IMG/VR virus record: IMGVR_UViG_3300046499_000850
Strand: one strand, 5' to 3'
Length of the DNA: 64,000 nucleotides
DNA from: a virus
Lineage: Duplodnaviria; Heunggongvirae; Uroviricota; Caudoviricetes
Shown: piece after piece, positions 45,409-55,091 of the stretch
How the letters are laid out: each line of letters opens with the position of its first letter
Position numbering within the stretch: the first letter of the stretch is position 1
Notes under the pieces: model-generated
Told to the model about the DNA's origin: nothing
The model's input: the letters and a program-made list of their open reading frames with translations, nothing else
Database searches by the model: none
Position numbers and translations under genes: made by a program

Positions 45409-45585
45409 ATGACCACGCAAAACAGCCACAACGACTACGACCTGACCATTATGTTGGCTGAAATGCCAGCACCCATCGACCCGACAGGATTGATGGTGGT
45501 TAACCATGTGGAACTCAAACATCCACAACTGGGTAGCTATCCGAGCTCCCAGTACAACGACTACCCGGAACTGGGGAGCTGCTAA
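45409..45585 (+). CDS. possible small ORF (58 aa)
   Basis: follows promoter motif; below ORF-track cutoff. Confidence 0.3.
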   Translation: MTTQNSHNDYDLTIMLAEMPAPIDPTGLMVVNHVELKHPQLGSYPSSQYNDYPELGSC

Positions 45586-45595
45586 GCGAAGTCAT

Positions 45596-45609
45596 TAACA
45601 ATCAACAAC
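45596..45609 (+). promoter_or_regulatory. variant promoter-like motif taacaatcaacaac
   Basis: upstream of 45622..46458. Confidence 0.4.
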
Positions 45610-45621
45610 ATAGAGGGCAAT

Positions 45622-46458
45622 ATGACTGACCAAGATAAACCCAACAACATTGTGAACCTCGAAGATGTTCGCGACCGTCGCGCCGCGGAAGCAGCTATCG
45701 ACTCCGTCATCGATGAGAACGGCAATCGCGCTGAGATGATCTTCGATCCTTGTTCGACGATCGGAAGCTTTACCAAGCGTTTCGAGAAACAGATGGATAT
45801 GCTGGCGATTTCCAAAGTGATCGGCGTGTTCTGTGACACCGATCAGCAACTCATCGAACTGCTCAAAGAACGCCAGACCGTGGTGTTCTACAAAGCCGGC
45901 GAGAAGTGGGTAGAATTCGATCACGTTGTTGGCCGGGAACTGGATCGTACCGAATCGATTGCTAGGACGCTGGCGGTGCTTGGTTCGTACACCCACTTCG
46001 ATTTCCCGGTAAGGTACATCAACTACCAACGCTTCGCTGAGCAAGAGAAAGAGAAGCGCCGCAAGCAAGCTACCGGGGTGATTGACCGGATTGACAATCC
46101 TCGTCCTAAATCATCGTGCTTGTTCGTTGGTGATTTTAGTGGGCCGCCATCCAGGATGATCATCACCGACACGCACATTGGCGGCCGTAATTTTAACGGT
46201 AAGGCAGGTTTAATGCTGGGGCTTTTAGCGAAAGCGTTTACCCTCCCGCAAAATAAAGCATGGCTTAACGTGCCTTTTGCCAACATAAATCGTAAACAAG
46301 AGCGCGACAAGGTCACCAAGGCCAAGATCGCTGAAGGTTACGTGGTGAAAGCAACTGCTGGTCCCAAGAAGCATGGGGATCGCAACGCTACCCAGTTCGT
46401 TAAAGATGTCAAACCCCATCCGCTCCTCAAGGGGCTCGTCAAGAAAATGGAGAACTGA
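45622..46458 (+). CDS. hypothetical protein (278 aa)
   Basis: ORF after motif. Confidence 0.55.
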   Translation: MTDQDKPNNIVNLEDVRDRRAAEAAIDSVIDENGNRAEMIFDPCSTIGSFTKRFEKQMDMLAISKVIGVFCDTDQQLIELLKERQTVVFYKAGEKWVEFDHVVGRELDRTESIARTLAVLGSYTHFDFPVRYINYQRFAEQEKEKRRKQATGVIDRIDNPRPKSSCLFVGDFSGPPSRMIITDTHIGGRNFNGKAGLMLGLLAKAFTLPQNKAWLNVPFANINRKQERDKVTKAKIAEGYVVKATAGPKKHGDRNATQFVKDVKPHPLLKGLVKKMEN

Positions 46459-46460
46459 CT

Positions 46461-46652
46461 ATGCAAATTAACAACTACAAGGTAGTGGAAGGTAACACGG
46501 CTGAAGAGATCGCTGGCGAGGTGCGCAGGGCGTTGAACGCGGGATGGGAAGTGTTGGGCGGCATTGCCACCCGTGTGGAGCAACGCGACGATCCGAACTT
46601 TAAAGGCGAGTTCTACAATGTAACCACTTATTCTCAAGCCATGGTGAAATGA
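46461..46652 (+). CDS. hypothetical small protein (63 aa)
   Basis: ORF. Confidence 0.45.
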   Translation: MQINNYKVVEGNTAEEIAGEVRRALNAGWEVLGGIATRVEQRDDPNFKGEFYNVTTYSQAMVK

Positions 46653-46653
46653 C

Positions 46654-47034
46654 ATGATGACCATCAAAAAACATCGCAGTCTGTTATTAGCTGAAGCTGT
46701 GTTCGGTATGCTCGCTATTTTGATTGGCGAGGGTGAAGGTTTGCGTGAGTGTGAGCTCGTAGTTTCTTCAGCGAATATCGGCGCCCAACCAGGGCTGATG
46801 ATTTCAGATGTTTTAGGTGGTCGAGTGGTGTGGATCTTTTCACGTAAGAACGTTACCGGAATTCGGGTAGTGTTGGGTGAACGGAGTAATCGGGGTTATG
46901 ATTTCGACGTCGTCAAGCTCCCCAACGACGATTCGGAAGAATACGATTTCATGGAGGACGAGGTCGCGCAAGCAGCGGCTTCGATTCTGAAGTTCTTCGA
47001 AACACCATTAAATAAAACCAGGGTTTTTAGATAG
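46654..47034 (+). CDS. hypothetical protein (126 aa)
   Basis: overlapping stop/start. Confidence 0.5.
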   Translation: MMTIKKHRSLLLAEAVFGMLAILIGEGEGLRECELVVSSANIGAQPGLMISDVLGGRVVWIFSRKNVTGIRVVLGERSNRGYDFDVVKLPNDDSEEYDFMEDEVAQAAASILKFFETPLNKTRVFR

Positions 47035-47046
47035 ACGGTGAAATAA

Positions 47047-47412
47047 ATGTTAAATTTGAACGCAGAAGAACTGGAGTACCTGATCACCCGTCTAACGGTC
47101 TCGGAAGGGCAACTGCGTAATGTTCTGTTGGAAAAGTTCCAAGAAGAACAACGGCGCGTTCTTCAATACGTGTCGGCGGCAGCGCGCGTCGAAGCTTGCA
47201 GCTTCGTTATTGTCGGCGCGCAGAAAGACCGCATTGCGGCGGTTAAGTTATACCGTTCGGTTACGGGTACCGGGCTTCGTGAAGCCCATGATTACGTTAA
47301 CAACCTCCTTAATGATGGCAAGGAAATCCTGGTCCAATCTACCCGTGTCGCTTATGAACAAGCGCTGGTGAACCTGAACAGCTTCCCCAAACTTTCCATC
47401 GAACTCCGTTAA
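47047..47412 (+). CDS. protein with ribosomal bL12 (L7/L12) C-terminal-domain-like region
   Basis: KDRIAAVKLYRSVTGTGLREAHDYVNNL resembles bL12 CTD K..VIK.VR.ITGLGLKEAKDLV. Confidence 0.45.
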   Translation: MLNLNAEELEYLITRLTVSEGQLRNVLLEKFQEEQRRVLQYVSAAARVEACSFVIVGAQKDRIAAVKLYRSVTGTGLREAHDYVNNLLNDGKEILVQSTRVAYEQALVNLNSFPKLSIELR

Positions 47413-47427
47413 GAAAAGGAATTAGAA

Positions 47428-47745
47428 ATGAAGAAACAAGTTGGCCCGAATGTGATTTGCCGCATTATCGGTTCCGCACGTGGTCCGAAAGGCAGTTCGG
47501 TGGGTAAGATCGTGAAAGTCATCGGGCGGTCGGAACACCCCGAGCATGTTGTCTGGGGTCCGATGTGGGATGTGAAGAAAGTCGACGGCACCCCCTTCGA
47601 AGTGGAAGTTACTTCACCGGACCTCCAAACCAAGAAGATCGTGCAGAACGCTTTCGCTGCATGTGCTGAGGATTGGCTGGAACCGCTCGACGACGATCCG
47701 GAACCGCCGAAGGTGCAGGAAAAAGAACACGAACTCACCGATTAA
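47428..47745 (+). CDS. hypothetical protein (105 aa), acidic C-terminus
   Basis: RBS aaaggaattagaa-ATG. Confidence 0.5.
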   Translation: MKKQVGPNVICRIIGSARGPKGSSVGKIVKVIGRSEHPEHVVWGPMWDVKKVDGTPFEVEVTSPDLQTKKIVQNAFAACAEDWLEPLDDDPEPPKVQEKEHELTD

Positions 47746-47757
47746 AAAGGAGGCTGT

Positions 47758-48258
47758 ATGGAACATGATAAAGTCATTCAGCAGGCACAACTGCTGGTGA
47801 TGAGAAATCAGCATCTGGATTGGTTGGTGGACAAGGTCGTCCGCGGCTTAGCTAAGTTGTTCGAGAAAGGTCTGCAGCCCGGTATCGCGTACCAGCCGGA
47901 TGTGATTCCTAGCGCAACCGGCTTCGGTGCACAAGGTGATGACCAGCTGATGGCTCAAAACATGGACCTGAGTACGAGCATGTCCGTGATATTCAAACCC
48001 ATATTGCCGGAGAAACTGCACGAGGTCCATGACTTAGTGGAAACGATCTCTGCTCGCCGGGTGTCGATCAGCGGCCTGCAAGCGGACAATACGTTTAACG
48101 TGATTTTCATGTTCCAGCACGGCGAAACGATGGAAGAAAAGGGCAACCATGTGTACCAGCTTCTCGATGCGGCCGATGATAATAATCCCACCATCGTCGA
48201 GTGTGGTCGTGATTTGCTCCAATACTTCTTGGAAGGTAATCTTCCAGGCGATAATTAA
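47758..48258 (+). CDS. hypothetical protein (166 aa)
   Basis: RBS aaaggaggctgt-ATG. Confidence 0.5.
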   Translation: MEHDKVIQQAQLLVMRNQHLDWLVDKVVRGLAKLFEKGLQPGIAYQPDVIPSATGFGAQGDDQLMAQNMDLSTSMSVIFKPILPEKLHEVHDLVETISARRVSISGLQADNTFNVIFMFQHGETMEEKGNHVYQLLDAADDNNPTIVECGRDLLQYFLEGNLPGDN

Positions 48259-48276
48259 GAAGAAAGGTCAACAGTA

Positions 48277-48657
48277 GTGAATGTCACCCAAGCACCAATG
48301 ACGATGATCCGCTGCGCCGCTGACAGCGCAGTGGAGTCGTTTCAAACGTCGGAACAGATCCCCGCTACGCTGTATGTGTTGTACGAGTACATGCAGCAAC
48401 ATACTTCACTCGGTCGCAGGTTCAGCACCACCGAGTTGGAGTCGATCAAGTTCCGCCATCGCGGTCTCGACAAACAACGCCAGGACATCCAGCCATTGAT
48501 TCCTGGCCTGAAGCGGCAATGGCCCGCAGCTTGGCAAATCGTTTTCATGAAAGACGAAGACCGTCTGCCGCCTGAAATTGCCAGCAAGCAGAGCAAGAAA
48601 AAGGCGGGCGGTCCATACACCGTGTTCGGGTATTGTTCGCAATTCCCGGTTGCGTAA
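48277..48657 (+). CDS. hypothetical protein (126 aa), GTG start
   Basis: RBS gaaagg upstream. Confidence 0.45.
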   Translation: MNVTQAPMTMIRCAADSAVESFQTSEQIPATLYVLYEYMQQHTSLGRRFSTTELESIKFRHRGLDKQRQDIQPLIPGLKRQWPAAWQIVFMKDEDRLPPEIASKQSKKKAGGPYTVFGYCSQFPVA

Positions 48658-48932
48658 TGAATAGCTTAAGTAACTTTCAACAGCTTCTGGTGTGGGTATA
48701 CGCAGTATCGGTTGTGTTGTCAGCGATCTATGCTACTTGCCATTACGACGTCGCGGCTAAGCAGATTGCCGATGAAACAAGGCGTCGTAACGGCAAGTCA
48801 CCCGTTTGGGCAGGTTGGCCATCGGCGATCTTTGTGATCGTTTGCCCAGTCATTAATACGTTCATCGCCGGCAGCGTTGTACTGATCGTGATTGGCTGGA
48901 CATTGGTACACCTTACCAGACCGAAGCGTTAA
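48657..48932 (+). CDS. small membrane protein (91 aa)
   Basis: TAATG overlap; two TM helices. Confidence 0.4.
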   Translation: MNSLSNFQQLLVWVYAVSVVLSAIYATCHYDVAAKQIADETRRRNGKSPVWAGWPSAIFVIVCPVINTFIAGSVVLIVIGWTLVHLTRPKR

Positions 48933-48941
48933 AATAACTAG

Positions 48942-48975
48942 AGATGAGCCGTGGCTCATCTCTAGGGGTTATGCT
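48942..48975 (+). terminator. hairpin agagatgagcc-gtg-gctcatctct
   Basis: 11-bp stem; weak T-run. Confidence 0.45.
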
Positions 48976-49011
48976 TTCAATAAATACTTTTTAACTTACC
49001 AGGAGAATCAC

Positions 49012-50382
49012 ATGAATCAACAGCAGCAAGTATCTCTCCGAATCCTGTCGATCACGTTTAATCCCGCCGGTCGTCACGCGCAGCAGTACTCGCGCCCTTT
49101 CGTCCCGGGTATCCATGATATCCGCCAGAACTTCATGGCCCGATATCACGCGCTGCAACTCTCGCCCAAAGTCCTCGGTCCGGTGTCGAGCCCCAAAGGC
49201 AACACGCAGTGGGATGACGAGGTGTCGTACTTCACCATGGAGGTCGAAGTCGACTATCGTGGCGGGATCGGCAAATCGCGTTTGGTGGTGGGTGGTTACA
49301 CCGATCGCTTGGTGCCGCCGAATGTCGCCGAGATTGATCCGACGACGCAACTCACTATCAACTCGATCTTCAAAGGTCGTCTGATGCCTATGGAAACTCC
49401 GGACGGTCCTGGCGCCGAGTGGGTGATTGAAAGCGCACAGCAAGTGTTGGCTGACGAGAACCATGAGGGTGATTACGAGAAAGCCATCGCCCTGAATCGA
49501 CCTGTCGATATCGCGAGTGCTCTGACTCGACTGTGTGATCCGATGTTGACGGGTCATGGTGTCACCGCGTTCGACACACGCAGCATGTTGACAAACGCGC
49601 CAGTGTTGTCGAAGTATGGCCATAGCGACGTGTTCAGTTACATGAATACCCTAGCGGTGAGTAAACTCGCATCGATCTGTTCGGCGGATATTTTCAGTAA
49701 CCGTGGTGTAACGGAAAAATACATGGTGATGGCGCGCGAAAGCAGGGACGAAGCTGCGCAGCGCAACCCGTTGTTATGGACAATGAGCAGGCTCCATGGC
49801 GTCGTCCCCACACGCCATATCTCGTTCGGTCAACTGCTGGGGGATAGTCCAGAAGCCACAGTCGCCTCCACGTTGGTCGAGTTCGATACCACCTCGGCGC
49901 CGATGGATGGTAGTGATGAACGGTCGTGGTTGTCGTCCGCCATCGCGAATCTGGTACCGGCTACCATGGCCGATGCCGGTGTGAGGGCCTTTGAGTTCGA
50001 CAGCATGGTCGTCGACAGCCGGATGTACATCATCGATAAAAGTCTAGAAGGGGTATTCGGCCCGATCTCGGAAGAAGACCGAAAACAGTTCATCTGTCGA
50101 CTGGAAAAACGTCTGTTGACGTTGATGGATGGCGGCGTCACGACTTACGAGGTGGTGGGCAAGTTCGATTTGTTCGGTAACAGCCGTTTCAAACTCGGCC
50201 GTGGCAGTAGCCGTGAATGGTACGTATCGCCGACCTGGGCAAATGCGCGTTTCTCCCCACTCATTACCACCCGTCCGATGCTCGACTCGTTGGCGCAACA
50301 TCTGGACTCGATCCTGGGTCAGTTATTGCTGGTAGCGTTCAGTGACGAGATGGGTGAGTTGCCACCGCGCCCTAGTTATTAA
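49012..50382 (+). CDS. hypothetical large protein (456 aa), possibly structural
   Basis: RBS accaggagaatcac-ATG. Confidence 0.55.
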   Translation: MNQQQQVSLRILSITFNPAGRHAQQYSRPFVPGIHDIRQNFMARYHALQLSPKVLGPVSSPKGNTQWDDEVSYFTMEVEVDYRGGIGKSRLVVGGYTDRLVPPNVAEIDPTTQLTINSIFKGRLMPMETPDGPGAEWVIESAQQVLADENHEGDYEKAIALNRPVDIASALTRLCDPMLTGHGVTAFDTRSMLTNAPVLSKYGHSDVFSYMNTLAVSKLASICSADIFSNRGVTEKYMVMARESRDEAAQRNPLLWTMSRLHGVVPTRHISFGQLLGDSPEATVASTLVEFDTTSAPMDGSDERSWLSSAIANLVPATMADAGVRAFEFDSMVVDSRMYIIDKSLEGVFGPISEEDRKQFICRLEKRLLTLMDGGVTTYEVVGKFDLFGNSRFKLGRGSSREWYVSPTWANARFSPLITTRPMLDSLAQHLDSILGQLLLVAFSDEMGELPPRPSY

Positions 50383-50391
50383 CCATGTCAT

Positions 50392-50450
50392 AAAGAGGGG
50401 GCCTACGGGCTTCCTCTTTTTTCTATGCTTTATTTTTTTTGTTGCTTTAT
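50392..50450 (+). terminator. imperfect hairpin followed by two T-runs
   Basis: aagaggggcctacgggcttcctcttttttctatgctttattttttttg. Confidence 0.55.
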
Positions 50451-50712
50451 GACACAAGACGAAGAATTGTTTGCGACAATTGTACGCATCCGGTTGTGGT
50501 GTCGTGCTGAATTGGAACAACACCAGCCCGTTCTCCCGGCCTACGAATTTTCCGTTGTCAAGAAACGGTACGATGCGTTTCAAAAACGCGCGAATGATTA
50601 CTACAAAGATTACGATTTGAGGTCGCTTAAAGGAATGTTGACTGAAATGCCATTCTTTATGCTGCCATGGGAAGCCACGGTCTGGTATGCGAGCCACAAA
50701 AAGAAGGGTTAA
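50425..50712 (+). CDS. hypothetical protein (95 aa)
   Basis: ORF; weak RBS. Confidence 0.4.
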   Translation: MLYFFCCFMTQDEELFATIVRIRLWCRAELEQHQPVLPAYEFSVVKKRYDAFQKRANDYYKDYDLRSLKGMLTEMPFFMLPWEATVWYASHKKKG

Positions 50713-50767
50713 AGAATATTTGGAGGCTATATTACTTAGCTGAATCCACCAACTAGAAGGGGCGGTC

Positions 50768-51484
50768 ATGTTAGGCATCAACAAACACATCGAAACGATT
50801 ATTAACTATCTCGACGGTGAACAAAAACCAGAAGTCCACGGACATACCGACTTCATCACTCTCAAGCGTGTGATCCCCGCAACCGACGAATACCAGCAAA
50901 TTGAACGGACGGTAATCGTTACGGCTGAAAATGATAAGCGAAAGTTTAGGGTCGAGCTGGAAGAAATCGCCATGCCGCTCAACTTCGTAACCAATCGAGA
51001 CAAGTCGTTTTTCGATGCACCGATGCATGGTTCGGTAATGCACGCTTGTCGCTACGTATTTGCGCTACTGCACGGTAAAGTCAAACCGCAACTCATTCCA
51101 CCTGAAAGACATGTTAAAAAATGTGAAGAGATCAACGTCAAATGGTTGATCGGTGGCCCATTCTCCTGCGCGTTGTTCTTACAAGGTAGCGAGTTCGGGG
51201 ATGATTGGCGTCTGCGTCTCACCCATGCCGACGGCCAAGTTATCTGCGAGAGCCTCGACCCCGACAACACCGATGGTCACACCTGCTGCACTATCGCCCG
51301 CGTGGCACAAGAGTCGTTCGACCGCGGGGTGCGTGAAGGGGAAACGCGTGTGGTCGAGAGACTCTGCGGTGATATTGCAGAAAAATCAATCTCTACCCAT
51401 CCGCACAATCTCTGGCGCTGGCCGACTGAATTAGTCAACCTCATCAAAACCAAAACCATTCGCGACAAACAAGCGGCTATTTAA
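50768..51484 (+). CDS. hypothetical protein (238 aa)
   Basis: RBS ctagaaggggcggtc-ATG. Confidence 0.55.
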   Translation: MLGINKHIETIINYLDGEQKPEVHGHTDFITLKRVIPATDEYQQIERTVIVTAENDKRKFRVELEEIAMPLNFVTNRDKSFFDAPMHGSVMHACRYVFALLHGKVKPQLIPPERHVKKCEEINVKWLIGGPFSCALFLQGSEFGDDWRLRLTHADGQVICESLDPDNTDGHTCCTIARVAQESFDRGVREGETRVVERLCGDIAEKSISTHPHNLWRWPTELVNLIKTKTIRDKQAAI

Positions 51485-51491
51485 GTACACC

Positions 51492-51962
51492 ATGGAAAAC
51501 GACGACAAAGACTGGGTGGAGGTCAAACTCCACCGTGTGGGTGTGTCTAACCGCGCCGGTGACAATTACCCGCCCGAAGTGGTGGCGAAGATGATCGAAG
51601 ATCTTCAACATAAAGCCAAAGAGCGTATGCGAAAGGGTGAATGCGGCTTTCCTGTCCGCGTAGAAAATGAAACTGTCGAGGACTTTGCCCGGCGCGTTGG
51701 ACTCATCATTGAACAGCAGGTCTCGCACGTCATCGACCTTAACACCATGCGAGTCAAAGATGGGTTCGTTACCGCGATGATGAAGCCAATTGGCCCTTTT
51801 GGAAATGTGTTGGAAAAAGCACTTCTCGAAAAGCCCAGCGAAGTTCATTTCGGTATGCGCGCTTTCGTGCAGTATGAAGAGGGTAATACTACCCAAACCA
51901 AAAACCTCACCGTTCGAAGCTGCGACATCGTCACCTTCGACCTCATCAACCCTCAACCATAA
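51492..51962 (+). CDS. hypothetical protein (156 aa)
   Basis: ORF. Confidence 0.5.
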   Translation: MENDDKDWVEVKLHRVGVSNRAGDNYPPEVVAKMIEDLQHKAKERMRKGECGFPVRVENETVEDFARRVGLIIEQQVSHVIDLNTMRVKDGFVTAMMKPIGPFGNVLEKALLEKPSEVHFGMRAFVQYEEGNTTQTKNLTVRSCDIVTFDLINPQP

Positions 51963-51970
51963 TCAACAAC
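51959..51970 (+). promoter_or_regulatory. ATAATCAACAAC motif abutting start codon of dcd
   Basis: ccataatcaacaac-ATG. Confidence 0.45.
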
Positions 51971-52906
51971 ATGAACGAAACCCAATTGCCCGGCATTTTA
52001 TCCGATCGCCAAATTCGCGAACTGTGCCTGCCACCGACGTTCATTATCCACGAACGTCTTTCCCGTGTTCGGGAACCGAGCGACACAGCATTCAATTCGA
52101 TGGTGCCGCTGACAAAACGCAGCTCTCCGACCTATATGTCGGAAGAAAAAATTCGCTCTCAACTGGTGCGTGACTCGTACGATGAGCCGGGTATTTATGC
52201 GTATACACCACTGACCAACAAAGAGAAGGCTGAGTTTAAGCCGATGATCTCGCCGTTCGTACCCGAACAAGTACGCGTGCAAGAGCGCGCAGCTACTATT
52301 GATGAACATCAGCTGTTTCATCTGCTCACTTATCAGGGTGCTTCTGCCGAATTTCTTCTCACTAGCATGCAGAAGAAATGGCCTGCTATTAAAGGCGTGC
52401 GGCGGGATGCCATACTCGGTGTGATGGTGCTAGAGAAAGCAATCTCGTGGGGCTTAACCTCCTACGGTTACGATGTGCGTTGCGGTGACGAGTTCAAGAT
52501 CTTCACCGACGTCAACTCCACCGTGATCGACCCGAAGAACTTCGACGAGAAGAACTTTGTACCCTTCAAAGGTGACGTGTGCATCATCCCGCCAAATTCA
52601 TTCGTACTGGCCCGTACCCTCGAATACTTCGACCTGCCGCGTAACATCGTGGCCGACTGTGTGGGTAAATCCACCTATGCGCGCTGCGGTATCTCGATCA
52701 TGGTCACGCCGCTCGAACCGGAATGGGATGGCTACCTGACGCTGGAGTTCGCCAACACCACGCCGTTGCCGGCCAAGATCTACGCTGGTGAAGGCTGTGG
52801 CCAGATCCGTTTCTTCCGTGGCTCGGAACCGTGTGAAGTCTCGTATCGTGACCGCGGTGGTAAATATAACGGTCAAGGCGCTGAGCCCACCACGCCGAAA
52901 GTATAA
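51971..52906 (+). CDS. dcd: dCTP deaminase-family protein with about 100-aa N-terminal insertion
   Basis: N-terminus [12 protein letters not shown]; C-terminal [13 protein letters not shown]...[50 protein letters not shown] typical of Dcd/dUTPase fold. Confidence 0.75.
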   Translation: MNETQLPGILSDRQIRELCLPPTFIIHERLSRVREPSDTAFNSMVPLTKRSSPTYMSEEKIRSQLVRDSYDEPGIYAYTPLTNKEKAEFKPMISPFVPEQVRVQERAATIDEHQLFHLLTYQGASAEFLLTSMQKKWPAIKGVRRDAILGVMVLEKAISWGLTSYGYDVRCGDEFKIFTDVNSTVIDPKNFDEKNFVPFKGDVCIIPPNSFVLARTLEYFDLPRNIVADCVGKSTYARCGISIMVTPLEPEWDGYLTLEFANTTPLPAKIYAGEGCGQIRFFRGSEPCEVSYRDRGGKYNGQGAEPTTPKV

Positions 52907-52915
52907 TCAACAACA
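52903..52915 (+). promoter_or_regulatory. TATAATCAACAAC promoter-like motif upstream of rtcB
   Basis: gtataatcaacaacaggaaaacaa-ATG. Confidence 0.5.
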
Positions 52916-52924
52916 GGAAAACAA

Positions 52925-54157
52925 ATGGAAACCAAATACGAATTGCTGGACAATCCCTCGTTTGAATCGGCCGCACCTGTCAAGATGTGGACACGTGGTG
53001 TGCCGGTCGAAGACGAGGCCAAAGTTCAACTTAGCCGTATGGCAGAAATGCCGTTCATCTACAAGCACATCGCGGTTATGCCGGACGTCCACGTCGGCAA
53101 AGGTTCGACCATCGGCAGCGTGATCCCGACCCTTGGCGCCATCATACCGGCTGCCGTCGGCGTCGATATCGGCTGCGGTATGATGGCGGCCAAAACCACG
53201 CTGGCGGCTAGCGACCTGCCAGACAATCTGTTCGGTATCCGCTCAGCGATCGAGAAAGCCGTACCGCACGGCCGTACCAACAATGGTGGACGTGGCGACC
53301 GTGGCGCATGGTACAGCACTCCGGAAGAAGTTGTTCACGCGTGGGGTGAACTGGCAACCGAGTTTGCCACCATCACGCAGAAACATCCGCGTCTCGCCAA
53401 GACCAACAACATCCAGCATCTGGGTACGCTTGGGACTGGTAACCACTTCGTGGAATTGTGTCTCGATGAACATGGTTCGGTCTGGATCATGTTGCACTCG
53501 GGTTCGCGTGGTGTCGGCAACAGCATCGGTATGCAATTCATCGAGCTGGCGAAAGAAGACATGCGTTCGCACCAGATCAATCTGCCAGAAAAGGATCTGG
53601 CGTATTTGCAGGAAGGTACCCGGCATTACGACGACTACGTGGAAGCCGTCGGTTGGGCGCAGAAGTTCGCGCTCAAGAACCGCGAGGTGATGATGCACAA
53701 CGTCATCAAGGCTATCCGCACGATCATCACCAAACCGTTCGAGACCCATGTCGAAGCGATCAACTGCCACCACAACTACGTGCAGAAGGAAAACCACTTC
53801 GGCCGTGATGTGATGTTGACCCGCAAAGGCGCAGTGTCGGCTAAGCAAGGTCAGCTCGGTATCATCCCGGGTTCGATGGGCGCCAAGAGCTTTATCGTGC
53901 GCGGTAAAGGTAACCCCGAATCGTTCGACAGCTGCTCGCACGGCGCTGGACGCAAGATGAGCCGTACTGCCGCGAAAGCTGCGTTCACGGTGGAAGACCA
54001 GATCAAGGCAACCGAAGGTATCGAATGCCGCAAAGACGCCGAGGTGATCGACGAGATCCCGCTAGCGTACAAGGACATCGATGCGGTGATGGAAGCCCAG
54101 AGCGATCTGGTTGAAGTCGTCTACACGCTACGCCAAGTCGTCTGCGTCAAAGGTTAA
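52925..54157 (+). CDS. rtcB: RNA-splicing ligase RtcB
   Basis: HVGKGSTIGSV, DIGCGM, GTGNHF, HSGSRG, NCHHNY, SCSHGAGR signature motifs. Confidence 0.95.
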   Translation: METKYELLDNPSFESAAPVKMWTRGVPVEDEAKVQLSRMAEMPFIYKHIAVMPDVHVGKGSTIGSVIPTLGAIIPAAVGVDIGCGMMAAKTTLAASDLPDNLFGIRSAIEKAVPHGRTNNGGRGDRGAWYSTPEEVVHAWGELATEFATITQKHPRLAKTNNIQHLGTLGTGNHFVELCLDEHGSVWIMLHSGSRGVGNSIGMQFIELAKEDMRSHQINLPEKDLAYLQEGTRHYDDYVEAVGWAQKFALKNREVMMHNVIKAIRTIITKPFETHVEAINCHHNYVQKENHFGRDVMLTRKGAVSAKQGQLGIIPGSMGAKSFIVRGKGNPESFDSCSHGAGRKMSRTAAKAAFTVEDQIKATEGIECRKDAEVIDEIPLAYKDIDAVMEAQSDLVEVVYTLRQVVCVKG

Positions 54158-54164
54158 ATTGTAC

Positions 54165-54192
54165 CCCGAGGGCTCGCAACCCTCAGTTTTTC
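54165..54192 (+). terminator. intrinsic terminator (gaggg-ctcgcaa-ccctc + agttttt)
   Basis: stem-loop plus T-run. Confidence 0.6.
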
Positions 54193-54207
54193 AACCAGGA
54201 GATTAAC

Positions 54208-55065
54208 ATGAACACCCGTCCCGTTTGCAGTAAAGAATGGTTGCTGGAACTATGCGCCGAAGTGGTCACCCGTCCGGAACTTACTCACCTGTACGACAAA
54301 GACCATTTCGAAGAAGGTCTGAATGTCATTGAAATCAATGAACTGGATCTTGATGAAACATATTCCGACGCCTACGGGTTGCCGGACAAGTTCCGTGTCT
54401 TGTTCCCAGACACATATCTCAAGTTGCAGTTCATCTGGCAGAACTTGATTGAGCTACGTGACCTGCATCAGTTCAAAACTGATGCCAGCCACTTGATCCG
54501 GTCGATCGACGGCACGCCGTTATCCGGCATGGTTTTCCTCTTTAACCTCAATCGTTACGATCTCGAACGTTGGGAAGAGCGCACCAAGTTCTTCCATGAC
54601 ATCATCGATGATGCCGAAGCGCGCATCGTCGCGATGCACCCGGACAAGCCGATGAAGCTCAAGCGTTTCCCGTTTGCGCAAGGTGACTGGATGCAAGTCG
54701 TGCAATCGGAAGACGGTACCAAATCGGCGTTGGTATCTACTGGTGGATCGCTAGGTGGCGATATGGGGACATGGGTTGAATTCACCATGGTCAATCCTGA
54801 TCCAGCCATAGCCGACCAACCTTATCCATTCGACGAAAATGCTAGCTATCCGCGCGACCGCCAAGTCGGCACGAGCTACACTTGGCTCTCCGGACCTGTG
54901 CTGGCAGACTGGTTCGCCAACGGCGTCATTCCTGAGCCTGATTTGGTCCAGTTGATGGATAGCTATGCTAAAGATGGTGAATTCAAATCCGGTCCCTTGA
55001 CCGAGACCATGGCCGAGATTCACGCCCGCTTCGACCAAGAACATCCGGCCGACAAAGACGAATAA
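54208..55065 (+). CDS. hypothetical protein (285 aa)
   Basis: RBS accaggagattaac-ATG. Confidence 0.55.
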   Translation: MNTRPVCSKEWLLELCAEVVTRPELTHLYDKDHFEEGLNVIEINELDLDETYSDAYGLPDKFRVLFPDTYLKLQFIWQNLIELRDLHQFKTDASHLIRSIDGTPLSGMVFLFNLNRYDLERWEERTKFFHDIIDDAEARIVAMHPDKPMKLKRFPFAQGDWMQVVQSEDGTKSALVSTGGSLGGDMGTWVEFTMVNPDPAIADQPYPFDENASYPRDRQVGTSYTWLSGPVLADWFANGVIPEPDLVQLMDSYAKDGEFKSGPLTETMAEIHARFDQEHPADKDE

Positions 55066-55073
55066 TCAACAAC
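55062..55073 (+). promoter_or_regulatory. ATAATCAACAAC promoter-like motif
   Basis: gaataatcaacaacacaaaaaggaaaagcatc-ATG. Confidence 0.5.
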
Positions 55074-55091
55074 ACAAAAAGGAAAAGCATC

